From NCBI GenBank assembly GCA_964537935.1, contig CAZICT010000001.1, forward strand, positions 134,870-198,869: a stretch of DNA of 64,000 bases, read 5' to 3'. Position 1 is the first letter of the stretch, and each line of letters starts with the position of its first letter. A program made the position numbers and the translations under genes. The stretch comes from an uncultured Candidatus Saccharibacteria bacterium (GTDB taxonomy: Bacteria > Patescibacteriota > Saccharimonadia > Saccharimonadales > CAZICT01). A model generated the notes under the pieces. That model did no database searches. It was given only the letters and a program-made list of their open reading frames with translations, and was not told the DNA's origin. Below, in pieces: positions 28,890 through 37,669 of the stretch.

Positions 28890-30281
28890 ATGAATTGCAT
28901 GAATGTAGTCACACGGGGCATCCGCAATGCGTTTCGTAATGCTACCCGTACCATATCAATAGTATTGATTCTGGGTCTTACCATAGGCCTGAGTCTGGTT
29001 ATGCTAATAGCCAATCAGGCTGTAGACAGTAAGATCAAGCAAACGATGGGCTCTATTGGCAATACCGTCAATATCCGCCCGGTAGGTTTTAGTGGCAGCA
29101 ACTCGGTCAATAACGCTTTAACGACCGAGCAATTGGCCAAAGTGCAAAAGCTCGCACATATTAAGAGCCTATCACAATTGCTGGGCAGCAACGCCCAAAC
29201 CGAGGGAACATCAAGTTCACCTCAGGGTGGCGCGCAAGCAAGTGGCCCGGCAGCGAATAACACTGCCAAGACTAGTCTGGTTTCGCCCTTTAAGCTTAAT
29301 TGCGATAAAGGCAAATGTAGCGGTGGTGGCATCGGGCTTAATACTACCGGTGAAGCACCAAAATTGCCTGATAACTTCAGCCTGCCAATTAATTTCATGG
29401 GCACCAACCAGCCAACGAATCCATCTAATTTTGAGGCAAGTGCCTTCAAAATCGTAAACGGCAAGGCGATTGATGGTTCTAAGGACATCAACGACGCTAT
29501 GATTAGTGCAGAAATGGCCAAAAAGAACAGGTTAGGTGTCGGCTCGACGTTTACCGCCTTTGACCAGACACTACGTGTCGCCGCTATTTTTGAAAGTAAT
29601 ACGCAAACCGCTAACAGCAGTGTCGTCCTGTCCCTGCCGGCACTTCAACGTCTTACGGAACAACCCGGCGTGATTACGAATGCTATTGCCACTGTCGATT
29701 CACTTGACAATCTTGAGAGCGCGACCTCGGCAATCAAGGATTCGCTGGGTTCGGCTGCTGATGTAACCAGTTCTCTCGACCAGGCTAAGCAAGCAATTGA
29801 ACCGCTCAAAAGCGTTCGTAATATTTCGCTATACAGCCTGCTTGGCGCGGTGGTGGCAGGCGGGGTTATTATTCTACTCACCATGATAATGATTGTCCGC
29901 GAGCGCAAGCGCGAAATCGGCATCCTGAAAGCCATTGGCTTTGGCAATACGCGCATCATCTTCCAGTTTATGTGCGAAGCTCTAACGCTCACGACACTCG
30001 GAGCAATCATTGGCTTAGGAATCGGTATTGCTGCTGGCAACCCGGTTACGTCAATGCTCGTGAGCAATGGCAGCGCAGGTGGGCAGGGTGCTCCGGCAGG
30101 CTTCGCGCAAAGTATTAGTGGCCCAGCCGCTGATGCCTTGGAGAGCATTAAGGCCACTGTGGGCTGGGAAATTATTCTGTACGGCTTTGGAGCTGCCCTG
30201 CTGATTGCCCTGATTGGTAGTTCCCTAGCGGCCAGCCTCATCGCTAAAGTTCGGCCATCCGAAGTATTAAGGAGTGAATAA
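28890..30281 (+). CDS. FtsX/MacB-type ABC transporter permease
   Basis: N-terminal TM, a large extracytoplasmic domain and a C-terminal FtsX fold (REIGILKAIGF). The alternative ATG at 28899 has better RBS spacing. Confidence 0.85.
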   Translation: MNCMNVVTRGIRNAFRNATRTISIVLILGLTIGLSLVMLIANQAVDSKIKQTMGSIGNTVNIRPVGFSGSNSVNNALTTEQLAKVQKLAHIKSLSQLLGSNAQTEGTSSSPQGGAQASGPAANNTAKTSLVSPFKLNCDKGKCSGGGIGLNTTGEAPKLPDNFSLPINFMGTNQPTNPSNFEASAFKIVNGKAIDGSKDINDAMISAEMAKKNRLGVGSTFTAFDQTLRVAAIFESNTQTANSSVVLSLPALQRLTEQPGVITNAIATVDSLDNLESATSAIKDSLGSAADVTSSLDQAKQAIEPLKSVRNISLYSLLGAVVAGGVIILLTMIMIVRERKREIGILKAIGFGNTRIIFQFMCEALTLTTLGAIIGLGIGIAAGNPVTSMLVSNGSAGGQGAPAGFAQSISGPAADALESIKATVGWEIILYGFGAALLIALIGSSLAASLIAKVRPSEVLRSE

Positions 30282-30954
30282 GATGTTACGGGTAACTAAT
30301 CTCAAGAAAATATTTTCATCAGGTGACACTAAGGTTGTCGCGACGAACGACATTTCTCTAACTATTGAAGAAGGCCAATTTATTTCGATTGTTGGGCAAA
30401 GCGGCAGTGGCAAGTCCACTTTACTAAGTATGCTTGGCGCGCTAGAAAAACCAACTGAGGGCAAAATTGAAATTGACGGCCAGGACATCACCAAGCTTAG
30501 GAGCCATGCGCTGACACGCCATCGGAGTAAAAAAATCGGGTTTATTTTTCAAGGATTTAACCTGATACCAAACCTTACTGCGCTCGAAAACGTCATGCTG
30601 CCCATGGAGCCAACTGACCGGCCTAAAAAAATGCGCATGCAGCAGGCAAGAGAATTACTCGATCAGGTTGGGATCACAGGTGCAAAACAACGGCGAAAGC
30701 CCGGCAAACTTAGCGGCGGTGAGCAGCAGCGGGTAGCGATTGCCCGTGCACTGGCAAATCGGCCCAAGCTGATTTTAGCCGACGAACCAACGGGTAACCT
30801 TGATTCGAAAACTAGCAAAATGATCTTTGAGCTATTGCGGGGTCTTTCGCAATCCCAAGGAGTAACTATTATCATCGTAACGCACGACCTAGCCCTAGCA
30901 AGGCAAACCGAAAGGGTTTTCCGGCTCCAGGACGGTAAATTAACGGAGCAATAA
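30274..30954 (+). CDS. ABC transporter ATP-binding protein (MacB/LolD type)
   Basis: Walker A GQSGSGKST, signature LSGGEQQR, Walker B ILADEPTGNLD. Confidence 0.95.
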   Translation: MNKMLRVTNLKKIFSSGDTKVVATNDISLTIEEGQFISIVGQSGSGKSTLLSMLGALEKPTEGKIEIDGQDITKLRSHALTRHRSKKIGFIFQGFNLIPNLTALENVMLPMEPTDRPKKMRMQQARELLDQVGITGAKQRRKPGKLSGGEQQRVAIARALANRPKLILADEPTGNLDSKTSKMIFELLRGLSQSQGVTIIIVTHDLALARQTERVFRLQDGKLTEQ

Positions 30955-30955
30955 T

Positions 30956-31558
30956 ATGAAAGAAGAATATATATCAGGCGAAGAGCATCAGGCCAGAATT
31001 CAACAGGAAAAGCTGCGACAGGGAGTAAAGAAAAAGCCCAACCAGGCCAAAAAATGGGTACTTATTGCGATTGTAGGACTGATGCTGGTAGGGGTAGGTT
31101 TTGCGGCTTCCCTGGCTTTTACGTCTAATGCGCCAAGCAGTGGCACAGATGATGACGCGACCCCGCCAATCACCAACGGCAATGGCGCGCCACCTCCAGG
31201 TGGAAGTACCGGAGAGGGTCCGACTACCTGTATGGGGAGCTCCTGTGGGGGCAGTCAGCCCAGTACTCAGTCAGGCTTTTCGGGCGTTATTACACCAGGG
31301 AAGGTTACGGCGGTAACGACTACAAGCATCACCCTTACTCCCCAAGATGGTGGCTCAGAAATAACCTTTAGGATCGTTGCTGAAACCCAAACACTCACCG
31401 TTGATCCTGCAAAAGGCTCAAACAGTGGAGTTTATACTGCATACAAGCAGGGCGACGTGAAGCTTGGCGATTCTATTGCGATCATCGCCGATAGCGCCGA
31501 CAGTACGCAGGCAAAGACAGTCCTAACAAACTACCAGATACAGACCCAACAGGATTAA
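30956..31558 (+). CDS. Membrane-anchored extracytoplasmic protein, last gene of the two-component/ABC cluster
   Basis: One TM span (WVLIAIVGLMLVGVGFAASLAF), a Gly/Pro/Ser linker and a beta-rich C-terminal domain. Function unknown. Confidence 0.55.
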   Translation: MKEEYISGEEHQARIQQEKLRQGVKKKPNQAKKWVLIAIVGLMLVGVGFAASLAFTSNAPSSGTDDDATPPITNGNGAPPPGGSTGEGPTTCMGSSCGGSQPSTQSGFSGVITPGKVTAVTTTSITLTPQDGGSEITFRIVAETQTLTVDPAKGSNSGVYTAYKQGDVKLGDSIAIIADSADSTQAKTVLTNYQIQTQQD

Positions 31559-31585
31559 CGTCTTTTCGAAACCCCTAATAAAGTA

Positions 31586-31613
31586 AAAGCACCTACTGAA
31601 GCAGGTGCTTTTA
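31586..31613 (+). terminator. Intrinsic terminator after the ABC cluster
   Basis: AAAGCACCT (31586-31594) pairs with AGGTGCTTT (31603-31611), followed by T residues. Confidence 0.65.
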
Positions 31614-31629
31614 CTATGGCTGAGCATGC

Positions 31630-31696
31630 GGGTCTAATACAAAAATACGTATTCCTGTAATCAGAATATGCGTTGGACTTCCGTTCGAATCTCTTT
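31630..31696. repeat. Copy A of a 67-nt direct repeat (tRNA-Gln 3'-flank-like sequence)
   Basis: GGGTCTAATACAAAAATACGTATTCCTGTAATCAGAATATGCGTTGGACTTCCGTTCGAATCTCTT aligns by eye at roughly 80% identity with 32204-32270. Confidence 0.7.
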
Positions 31697-31884
31697 AACT
31701 AGGAGCTCTACCCAGAATCGAAATTATCGACATACTCGGAAGTTTACAGTGTTCTCATGAAACTACGAATTAATGACGAGACCTCTTCAAATTTGTTTCT
31801 AAGGCCATGTGTCCGCCCTCTAGAATGTGGGTCCGAACTGCTGACATGTCTCAATTATAGCCCGACACCATGTCGAACCCAGGT

Positions 31885-32154
31885 TTATTTTATGAGTTTA
31901 CCTGCAATAAATTTGCTAACACCCACTAAGACAACAGCTCCGACAAAGGCGAAAATGAAATCCACAATCACACCCTCTCCGATGGCCTTGAAGCCCAGAA
32001 AGCCTAACAGATACTTTCCAATCACTGCACCGACCACACCTATCGCGATATAAGCGACCACACCGTGCTGCTTATCATTTTTAAACAATTTTGTCGCAGC
32101 CCAGCCGGCAAGACCACCGATCACGAGTAGCAAGATAAAACTAAGTATTTCCAT
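31885..32154 (-). CDS. GlsB/YeaQ/YmgE-family small membrane protein
   Basis: 89 aa with the typical pattern ILLLVIGGLAGWAATKL ... IGVVGAVIG ... VGAVVLV. Confidence 0.85.
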   Translation of the reverse strand: MEILSFILLLVIGGLAGWAATKLFKNDKQHGVVAYIAIGVVGAVIGKYLLGFLGFKAIGEGVIVDFIFAFVGAVVLVGVSKFIAGKLIK

Positions 32155-32203
32155 GGCTTTATTGTAGCAGTGGACGTTATTTTTATAAACAAATGAAGCT
32201 TTT

Positions 32204-32270
32204 GGGTCTGATACGAAAAATGCGTATTTCTGTAATCAGAATACGTATTTGACTTTCGTGCGAATATCTT
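32204..32270. repeat. Copy B of the 67-nt direct repeat, abutting the 3' end of tRNA-Gln
   Basis: GGGTCTGATACGAAAAATGCGTATTTCTGTAATCAGAATACGTATTTGACTTTCGTGCGAATATCTT. It ends 1 nt before the CCA end of the tRNA. Confidence 0.7.
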
Positions 32271-32271
32271 G

Positions 32272-32346
32272 TGGCTGGGGTGGAGGGATTCGAACCCCCG
32301 AATGCATGGACCAAAACCATGTGCCTTACCACTTGGCCACACCCCA
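32272..32346 (-). tRNA. tRNA-Gln (anticodon UUG), CCA encoded
   Basis: The reverse complement folds as a cloverleaf: TGGGGTG / GCC-AAGTGGTAA-GGC / CATGG-TTTTGGT-CCATG / CATTC / GGGGG-TTCGAAT-CCCTC / CACCCCA-G-CCA. Confidence 0.9.
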
Positions 32347-32481
32347 TCAACTGATTTAGATTATAGCGTATTTAGGTTCTAGTCGCCGGGATTCAACCTA
32401 CCTTCGGCAGGCCCAAAACTTCGCGATTGAAAGCAAGCTTTCATCGGAAGATTTCCTTGCGAACAGCCACTGGCTGTTCTC

Positions 32482-32533
32482 ACCCCGAATGCCAGGACCA
32501 AAACCTGGTGCCTTACCACTTGGCCACGCCCTA
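32482..32533 (-). pseudogene. Truncated tRNA-Gln(UUG) copy: 5' 52 nt only, homology ends at the T-stem
   Basis: TAGGGCGTGGCCAAGTGGTAAGGCACCAGGTTTTGGTCCTGGCATTCGGGGT matches the intact gene through the variable loop. The anticodon stem carries compensatory changes. No T-loop or 3' acceptor strand follows. Confidence 0.6.
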
Positions 32534-32649
32534 ATAACTGTCAGGTGTTAAAACAGATAGATTGTACCGTATAAGTGCTTAACAAGCAACGCATGCACTT
32601 TATGGTTTATTTTTGGATTTTACGTCCAAAAGCGTACAATCTTAGCAAT

Positions 32650-33366
32650 ATGCCAGCTGCTATTGTTGCTAAAAACCTAAACGTCACAAAAGACAGATCT
32701 GATATCTTAAATAATTTATCCTTTAAGGTCAGTACAGGTTCAATTACCGGTTTAATCGGTCCAAGCGGCTCTGGCAAAACCACACTCATGCGTAGCATTG
32801 TAGGTGTCCAAAAAATTACAAGCGGGTCACTTGAAGTGCTCGATACAGCAGCTGGTAACGCCCGGTTACGCAACCGTATCGGTTATGTTTCTCAAAGCCC
32901 TTCGGTTTATTCGGACCTCACAGTAGCCCAAAATTTTGAATATTTCTCAGCGCTTACTAAGGCAAATGATAGCCAGGTTGATAATATTATTTCTCAGATT
33001 AAATTAACAAAACAGCGAAACCAAGTGGTCGATAGTTTGTCTGGTGGGCAAAAGGCCCGAGTGTCCTTGGCGGTAGCGTTATTGGGAGACCCGGATTTAC
33101 TTGTACTAGACGAACCGACAGTTGGACTGGATCCACTACTGCGCCAAGAGTTATGGCAGTTCTTGACTGGTTTAGCTGATGCAGGAAAGACACTCTTAAT
33201 CTCCAGCCATGTAATGACTGAAGCTGAACATTGTGATAATTTGCTTCTTTTACACGAAGGCCATTTGCTTTGGAATGACACTCGGCAACGCTTACTGAAA
33301 TCTACAGATACGGATTCTACTGAAGCCGCGTTCATAAAAAGCATAAAACAGAATGTAGCATCATGA
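32650..33366 (+). CDS. ABC transporter ATP-binding protein (ABC-2 type exporter)
   Basis: Walker A GPSGSGKTT, signature LSGGQKARV, Walker B LLVLDEPTVGLD. I start at ATG 32650, not the ORF-track 32575, because the upstream 25 codons lie in the promoter region. Confidence 0.9.
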   Translation: MPAAIVAKNLNVTKDRSDILNNLSFKVSTGSITGLIGPSGSGKTTLMRSIVGVQKITSGSLEVLDTAAGNARLRNRIGYVSQSPSVYSDLTVAQNFEYFSALTKANDSQVDNIISQIKLTKQRNQVVDSLSGGQKARVSLAVALLGDPDLLVLDEPTVGLDPLLRQELWQFLTGLADAGKTLLISSHVMTEAEHCDNLLLLHEGHLLWNDTRQRLLKSTDTDSTEAAFIKSIKQNVAS

Positions 33367-34106
33367 CGTATCATTTGATTGCTATCCAGGCCACCGCCAA
33401 GCGGATTTTGCGCCAGCTATCACACGATCACCGCACTATCGCTTTGATATTTATTGTTCCTTGTTTGCTTATGGCATTACTACGTTGGATATACAGTGAC
33501 AATCTGGGTATATTTAACCAGATTACGCCGGCACTGCTTGGAATTTTTCCCTTTACGATTATGTTTATAATAACCTCCGTTACAACTTTACGTGAAAGGA
33601 CAAGCGGTACCCTTGAGCGATTGATGGCAATGCCGATTTCTAAACTTGATTTAATTTTAGGCTATATGATCGCTTTTGGACTGCTTGCTGTTGGACAGGC
33701 AATTCTTGTGAGTTCACTGGTTATCTACGGCTTTGATTTGAGCATTGCTGGTCCAGAATGGTTCTTAATATTTTCAGCACTCTTAACAGCCCTTCTTGGC
33801 ACAGCGTTCGGCTTGTTCTTAAGCGCCTTTGCTCGCACAGAATTCCAGGCCGTTCAGTTTATGCCGGCCTTTGTGCTGCCTCAACTGTTGATTGGCGGCT
33901 TATTGATGCCTATATCGCAGATGCCCGGCATCTTGGAAATAATTGCCCGATTACTACCGCTGACATATGCCATAGAAGCGCTCAGTCTTAACGTTACTAA
34001 TGCCGTAATAACCAGCAATGCCTGGCTTGATGTATACGTGATGCTGGGCTTTATTTTTGCCGCTATCACACTGGGCGCCATTAGCTTGCGCCGACAAACT
34101 GACTAG
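33363..34106 (+). CDS. ABC-2 type transporter permease
   Basis: 247 aa with six hydrophobic spans. It overlaps the ATPase gene by 4 nt. Confidence 0.85.
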   Translation: MTYHLIAIQATAKRILRQLSHDHRTIALIFIVPCLLMALLRWIYSDNLGIFNQITPALLGIFPFTIMFIITSVTTLRERTSGTLERLMAMPISKLDLILGYMIAFGLLAVGQAILVSSLVIYGFDLSIAGPEWFLIFSALLTALLGTAFGLFLSAFARTEFQAVQFMPAFVLPQLLIGGLLMPISQMPGILEIIARLLPLTYAIEALSLNVTNAVITSNAWLDVYVMLGFIFAAITLGAISLRRQTD

Positions 34107-34144
34107 CCGCTTAGCATGACAGGTTCAACCTAAACCAAAAACAA

Positions 34145-34561
34145 TCAAAGTAGAATTGTTATAAATTCCTGAAAAGCAGGGCTGTTTAACTCATATGGCA
34201 GTGAAGTTTCTGTCTTTAGCAAAAGGGGTGGCGAGTAATGAACTATAGTACGCTCTCCAGGCTGACTAGTGCCCAGTGGCACAAGTGAGCGATACTGCTT
34301 TAGGAGATCTTCAGTCAACATCAACTCGTTTTCGCTATCAATTACATTGCGGTATACCTTTGGCATTAAGTCTTCAGTGGTATTGCTAATGATCTTAATG
34401 ATTTGGTTTTTATCATTTACAATTATCGATTGGCGCGGCAAAACCCTGGATTGGATAGTTATCTCGTCACTGACCGAAATGGTTTTGGCGGCAACCGGAG
34501 TACCGCTGCCAAGTGTAGCAGCAACCAAAATACCCGCGACCAAAGCTCCCAAATACTTCAT
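34145..34561 (-). CDS. Secreted hypothetical protein (138 aa)
   Basis: Signal peptide MKYLGALVAGILVAATLGSGTPVAA. No motif recognised. Confidence 0.6.
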   Translation of the reverse strand: MKYLGALVAGILVAATLGSGTPVAAKTISVSDEITIQSRVLPRQSIIVNDKNQIIKIISNTTEDLMPKVYRNVIDSENELMLTEDLLKQYRSLVPLGTSQPGERTIVHYSPPLLLKTETSLPYELNSPAFQEFITILL

Positions 34562-34825
34562 GTATACTTAATTTTAACGCTTATGCACTGGAAATAACAG
34601 CACTTTGGTTGATTTGATAGGTGACCTGGTGCTTTGTGCTAAGCAAAACCTATATTCATAATGAGCGACAGCTGCTTTAAATCTGAAAACTACAAACAGG
34701 CGTAAAACGGATAAATATTGATGCTGATCTTTGCCTAGCCAGATTCGAGCTCATCCGCTATTAATTCTTGGTGATTGTACTTACTTATAGTCTCGGTATA
34801 GAATGAGATCAGTGAGAGATTATTA

Positions 34826-35761
34826 ATGAAAACACGCGCTTCAGCCTTGCTTGCCAGATATAATGCCAAGATAGATCCGGTTCTCGACAAGCTTATATCG
34901 TTTGTCGAAAGCAATATAACTTTTACCGAATCTCAGACCGCTAAGGCACAATCAATACTAGATAAAATCGCTGATGAATTTCAGCACCAGGAAGATCTAG
35001 GGCTTGCGCTACATAAGTTATACTTGGCACAATCTGCAATATACGTCTTAGGAAACCAGAAAGCCAAAGCGCAAGAGTTTCTAAATGAATCCAAACGTTA
35101 TTCAGTTAATGCTGATACTAAAGTTATTGAGTCGGCTCTGGCAGCTACGCACCCCGAGCTCGGCAAGACACCAACGAATACATTTAATTCTGATATCTCT
35201 ACGATATTACTCCAGGTAAAGCATGATGGAGTAAAAGACATATGGATCGGTCTGTTGCTTATTGCAATATCGTTGGCGATTACAATCGTTTCCTACAACA
35301 TGGCTGACTCGGGCGGGAGTTTTTCAATCTTCTGGGGTCTTGCGATTTGGGGTTTAGTTCTTTTAATGCGGGGCATATATCATTATGTAAATCCGGTTTC
35401 AGGATTAGAGCCTTCAGTTAAGTCGGCTAATCGGCAGCTTCCTAGTCGTCGATTTGGAGCATGGGTGTCCGTTGTTGCCGGAGTGTTTTTAGTAGTGATT
35501 GTAAGTTTTTCACTTATTGGAATGTTCTCACCGGACCTGGCTAGCCAAATCGAAAACGGCGATGGTACAACCCCTGAAAGCTATATTGCAAACTTCACTG
35601 ATGCCTGTGTCGATGAAGGGGTTAGTCGTTCGCGCTGCACGTGTGCTGCCAAATACCTGACCGACCATAATTCAATGCAACGACTCATAGAAATCGAAAA
35701 CGAAGTAGACGGCAGCACCACGCCGCCCGAACTTACCGAAGCGGTCAATAATTGTAATTGA
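34826..35761 (+). CDS. Hypothetical membrane protein (311 aa)
   Basis: Soluble N-terminal half, three or four hydrophobic spans, and a C-terminal Cys-containing domain (CVDEGVSRSRCTCAAKY...NNCN). Confidence 0.6.
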   Translation: MKTRASALLARYNAKIDPVLDKLISFVESNITFTESQTAKAQSILDKIADEFQHQEDLGLALHKLYLAQSAIYVLGNQKAKAQEFLNESKRYSVNADTKVIESALAATHPELGKTPTNTFNSDISTILLQVKHDGVKDIWIGLLLIAISLAITIVSYNMADSGGSFSIFWGLAIWGLVLLMRGIYHYVNPVSGLEPSVKSANRQLPSRRFGAWVSVVAGVFLVVIVSFSLIGMFSPDLASQIENGDGTTPESYIANFTDACVDEGVSRSRCTCAAKYLTDHNSMQRLIEIENEVDGSTTPPELTEAVNNCN

Positions 35762-35842
35762 GCAGCTTGGTTAGATGAGTCAGTTTAAAATAAAAGACCA
35801 GGCATGTGCTACCTGATCTTTATGGCCTGATAAAGAAAACTC

Positions 35843-35980
35843 TTACATTATATCGTCATCGCTCCTGGACCGCTCCCTAACGATTGAAATTAGCTCATCG
35901 CGGCTGATATTAGGGTCGATATCCGAACCCGCCATCTCCATCAGTTCGTCTCGACTCATATTCTCAAATTCGTCTGCCAT
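35843..35980 (-). CDS. Possible 45-aa acidic protein (below the ORF-track cutoff)
   Basis: My own translation: MADEFENMSRDELMEMAGSDIDPNISRDELISIVRERSRSDDDIM. An AAGGAGGGGG RBS lies directly upstream. It contains a repeated SRDEL(M/I) motif. Confidence 0.4.
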   Translation of the reverse strand: MADEFENMSRDELMEMAGSDIDPNISRDELISIVRERSRSDDDIM

Positions 35981-36053
35981 GCCCCCTCCTTTTTTAATTG
36001 GTAGCCGAAGCATAACAGGGAAATTTAGCCAAAGTCTGTGAGATAAATCTCTG

Positions 36054-36950
36054 TTATTGATCTTTAGCCATGTTTATAAACTCTTCAACCAGCTGCTCCA
36101 TATTAAGTCCTTGGGCTTGGGCTGATTTTGGCAAAAGACTCTGATCAGTAAGACCGGGAATGGTATTCAGCTCCAATACATACAATTTTGACTCATTAAT
36201 AATTATGTCAGTCCTTGATAGGTGCCTAACACCCAGATACTTATGTAGCTTTTCGCATAACGCCCGAGCTTTTTCTTGTAGTTCATGGCTTACGTTAGCG
36301 GGCGGACAAAGCTCCTGGGTTGTTCCGTTATATTTATTTTCATAATCAAACTCCTCGTCTTTTGGCGGAATAATCTCTATAACCGGCAGGGCATTATCGC
36401 CAAGTACTGGAACTGTTATTTCCGTGCCTTTTATCAATTCCTCAAGCAGCATAGCCGAGTGGCGGCTAAAGACGTCTTCTATGTCCAGCTTATAATTTTC
36501 GGGGTCACGAACTATTACGGTATCAATGCTTGATCCACCGCCAACCGGCTTTAGTACATAAGGACCTTTTAAGAGAGGGGATTGATTTATTGTTTCTTTT
36601 GTTACTAACTCCCACTTAGGTGTCAAAACGCCAAGTTCAGAAATTATTTTTTTAAATGCTACTTTGTCAAAGCATAGCCTGGAAACTCTGGAGCCAGCAC
36701 CCAGAAAGGGAAGCTTTAAGCTTTCTAGTTCTGCTTGAACGGCGCCATCCTCACCGTCTTTGCCGTGCAAAATCGGCAGCACGACATCCACTTTTTCTTT
36801 ATACCTAACGATGGCTTGAAAACCATTTTTCGTGTCGTACTCGAAAACTTCATGTCCAAGTGATTTAAGCGCCCGAACGACAGATTCGGCTGAGCGAAGC
36901 GATATCGGTCTTTCGGGTGAATTTCCCCCTTTAAGAACTAGGACTTTCAT
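36054..36950 (-). CDS. ddl: D-alanine--D-alanine ligase
   Basis: ATP-grasp Ddl pattern (VLPILHGKDGEDGAVQAELESLKLPFLG ... YVLKPVGGGSSIDT ... ELNTIPGLT). Confidence 0.95.
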   Translation of the reverse strand: MKVLVLKGGNSPERPISLRSAESVVRALKSLGHEVFEYDTKNGFQAIVRYKEKVDVVLPILHGKDGEDGAVQAELESLKLPFLGAGSRVSRLCFDKVAFKKIISELGVLTPKWELVTKETINQSPLLKGPYVLKPVGGGSSIDTVIVRDPENYKLDIEDVFSRHSAMLLEELIKGTEITVPVLGDNALPVIEIIPPKDEEFDYENKYNGTTQELCPPANVSHELQEKARALCEKLHKYLGVRHLSRTDIIINESKLYVLELNTIPGLTDQSLLPKSAQAQGLNMEQLVEEFINMAKDQ

Positions 36951-37099
36951 AATTATGCCTCTTTCCGGGCTTTATTTTAATCCTTTTGCAGCCTTCTTTA
37001 ACCATAGTTTTAAGACGCCCCTCAATTAATCATAACTAAACACTGTAATTTTATTAAAGCTTACTTAATTAATTGGTTAGTACGTTACTGGGACAAGGC

Positions 37100-37567
37100 T
37101 TATCGCATCAGGTATTCAAGGGGTGTATCAGCTTGGGCTTGTTCAAGTTCTTCATCGCCTACCGCACCGTAAGCCATGTCGAGCAGCTTTAGTATCACGC
37201 GGAAGTCTGCATAAGAGCTTTCTGTATATTTACCCTGAAGTTCAGTAAAAATTTCGCTCTCACGTTCATCAGTTATTGCCAGTCCTTTATCTATAAGTCC
37301 TTCAGCGTTGTTTGACTTGGATAAAGTTTCGTACCATTTAGTTTTACCTCTAATAATCTCGCCTATAATCCCACTGCGAAAGGCGCCTGGAAAATTTCCT
37401 AACCTTATCCAAGGTATCACGTCTTCTTTGCCGGCAAACCCATCAACGCCTTCCAACAGTTCCTTAACTTCTTCGTGCTCAACTTCAAGAAAACCACTCT
37501 TCAGCAATTCTTGACTGCTAAGGTCGGAAATATTTCGTTTTTCCTTATTTGTATCAACAAACTCCAT
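37100..37567 (-). CDS. Hypothetical protein (155 aa)
   Basis: Clean ORF. No motif recognised. Confidence 0.55.
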   Translation of the reverse strand: MEFVDTNKEKRNISDLSSQELLKSGFLEVEHEEVKELLEGVDGFAGKEDVIPWIRLGNFPGAFRSGIIGEIIRGKTKWYETLSKSNNAEGLIDKGLAITDERESEIFTELQGKYTESSYADFRVILKLLDMAYGAVGDEELEQAQADTPLEYLMR

Positions 37568-37669
37568 ATATTATATAATACCATAATAATTTATAATATT
37601 CAATGGTCAGACTCCTCTTGCCGTGACTTTAGATGGTTTTTACCATACAATTTTATCAAGGAGTTATCT

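Noticed and set aside
29222-30241. Antisense ORFs of 99 aa and 198 aa inside the FtsX permease gene.
   Set aside because: They lie opposite a strongly supported CDS. They are Ala/Pro/Arg-rich low-complexity translations typical of antisense frames, and they have no RBS.
31757-32053. 98-aa + strand ORF.
   Set aside because: It is antisense to the well-supported GlsB/YeaQ/YmgE gene and has no start context.
32385-32400. T-loop-like GGTTGAATCC (minus strand), considered as the missing T-arm of the truncated tRNA-Gln, that is, a tRNA with a ~85-nt insertion or intron.
   Set aside because: No 5-bp T-stem can be drawn around it. No sequence complementary to the 5' acceptor strand TAGGGCG follows. 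Known bacterial tRNA introns sit in the anticodon loop, which is intact here.
37475-37669. 65-codon N-terminal extension of the CheY-like regulator. The same issue applies to the 75-codon extension of the 41708-42874 ORF and the 32575 start of the ABC ATPase.
   Set aside because: The extensions run through AT-rich promoter-like DNA, encode implausible peptides and lack an RBS. Internal ATGs with good Shine-Dalgarno sequences coincide with the start of the conserved domains.
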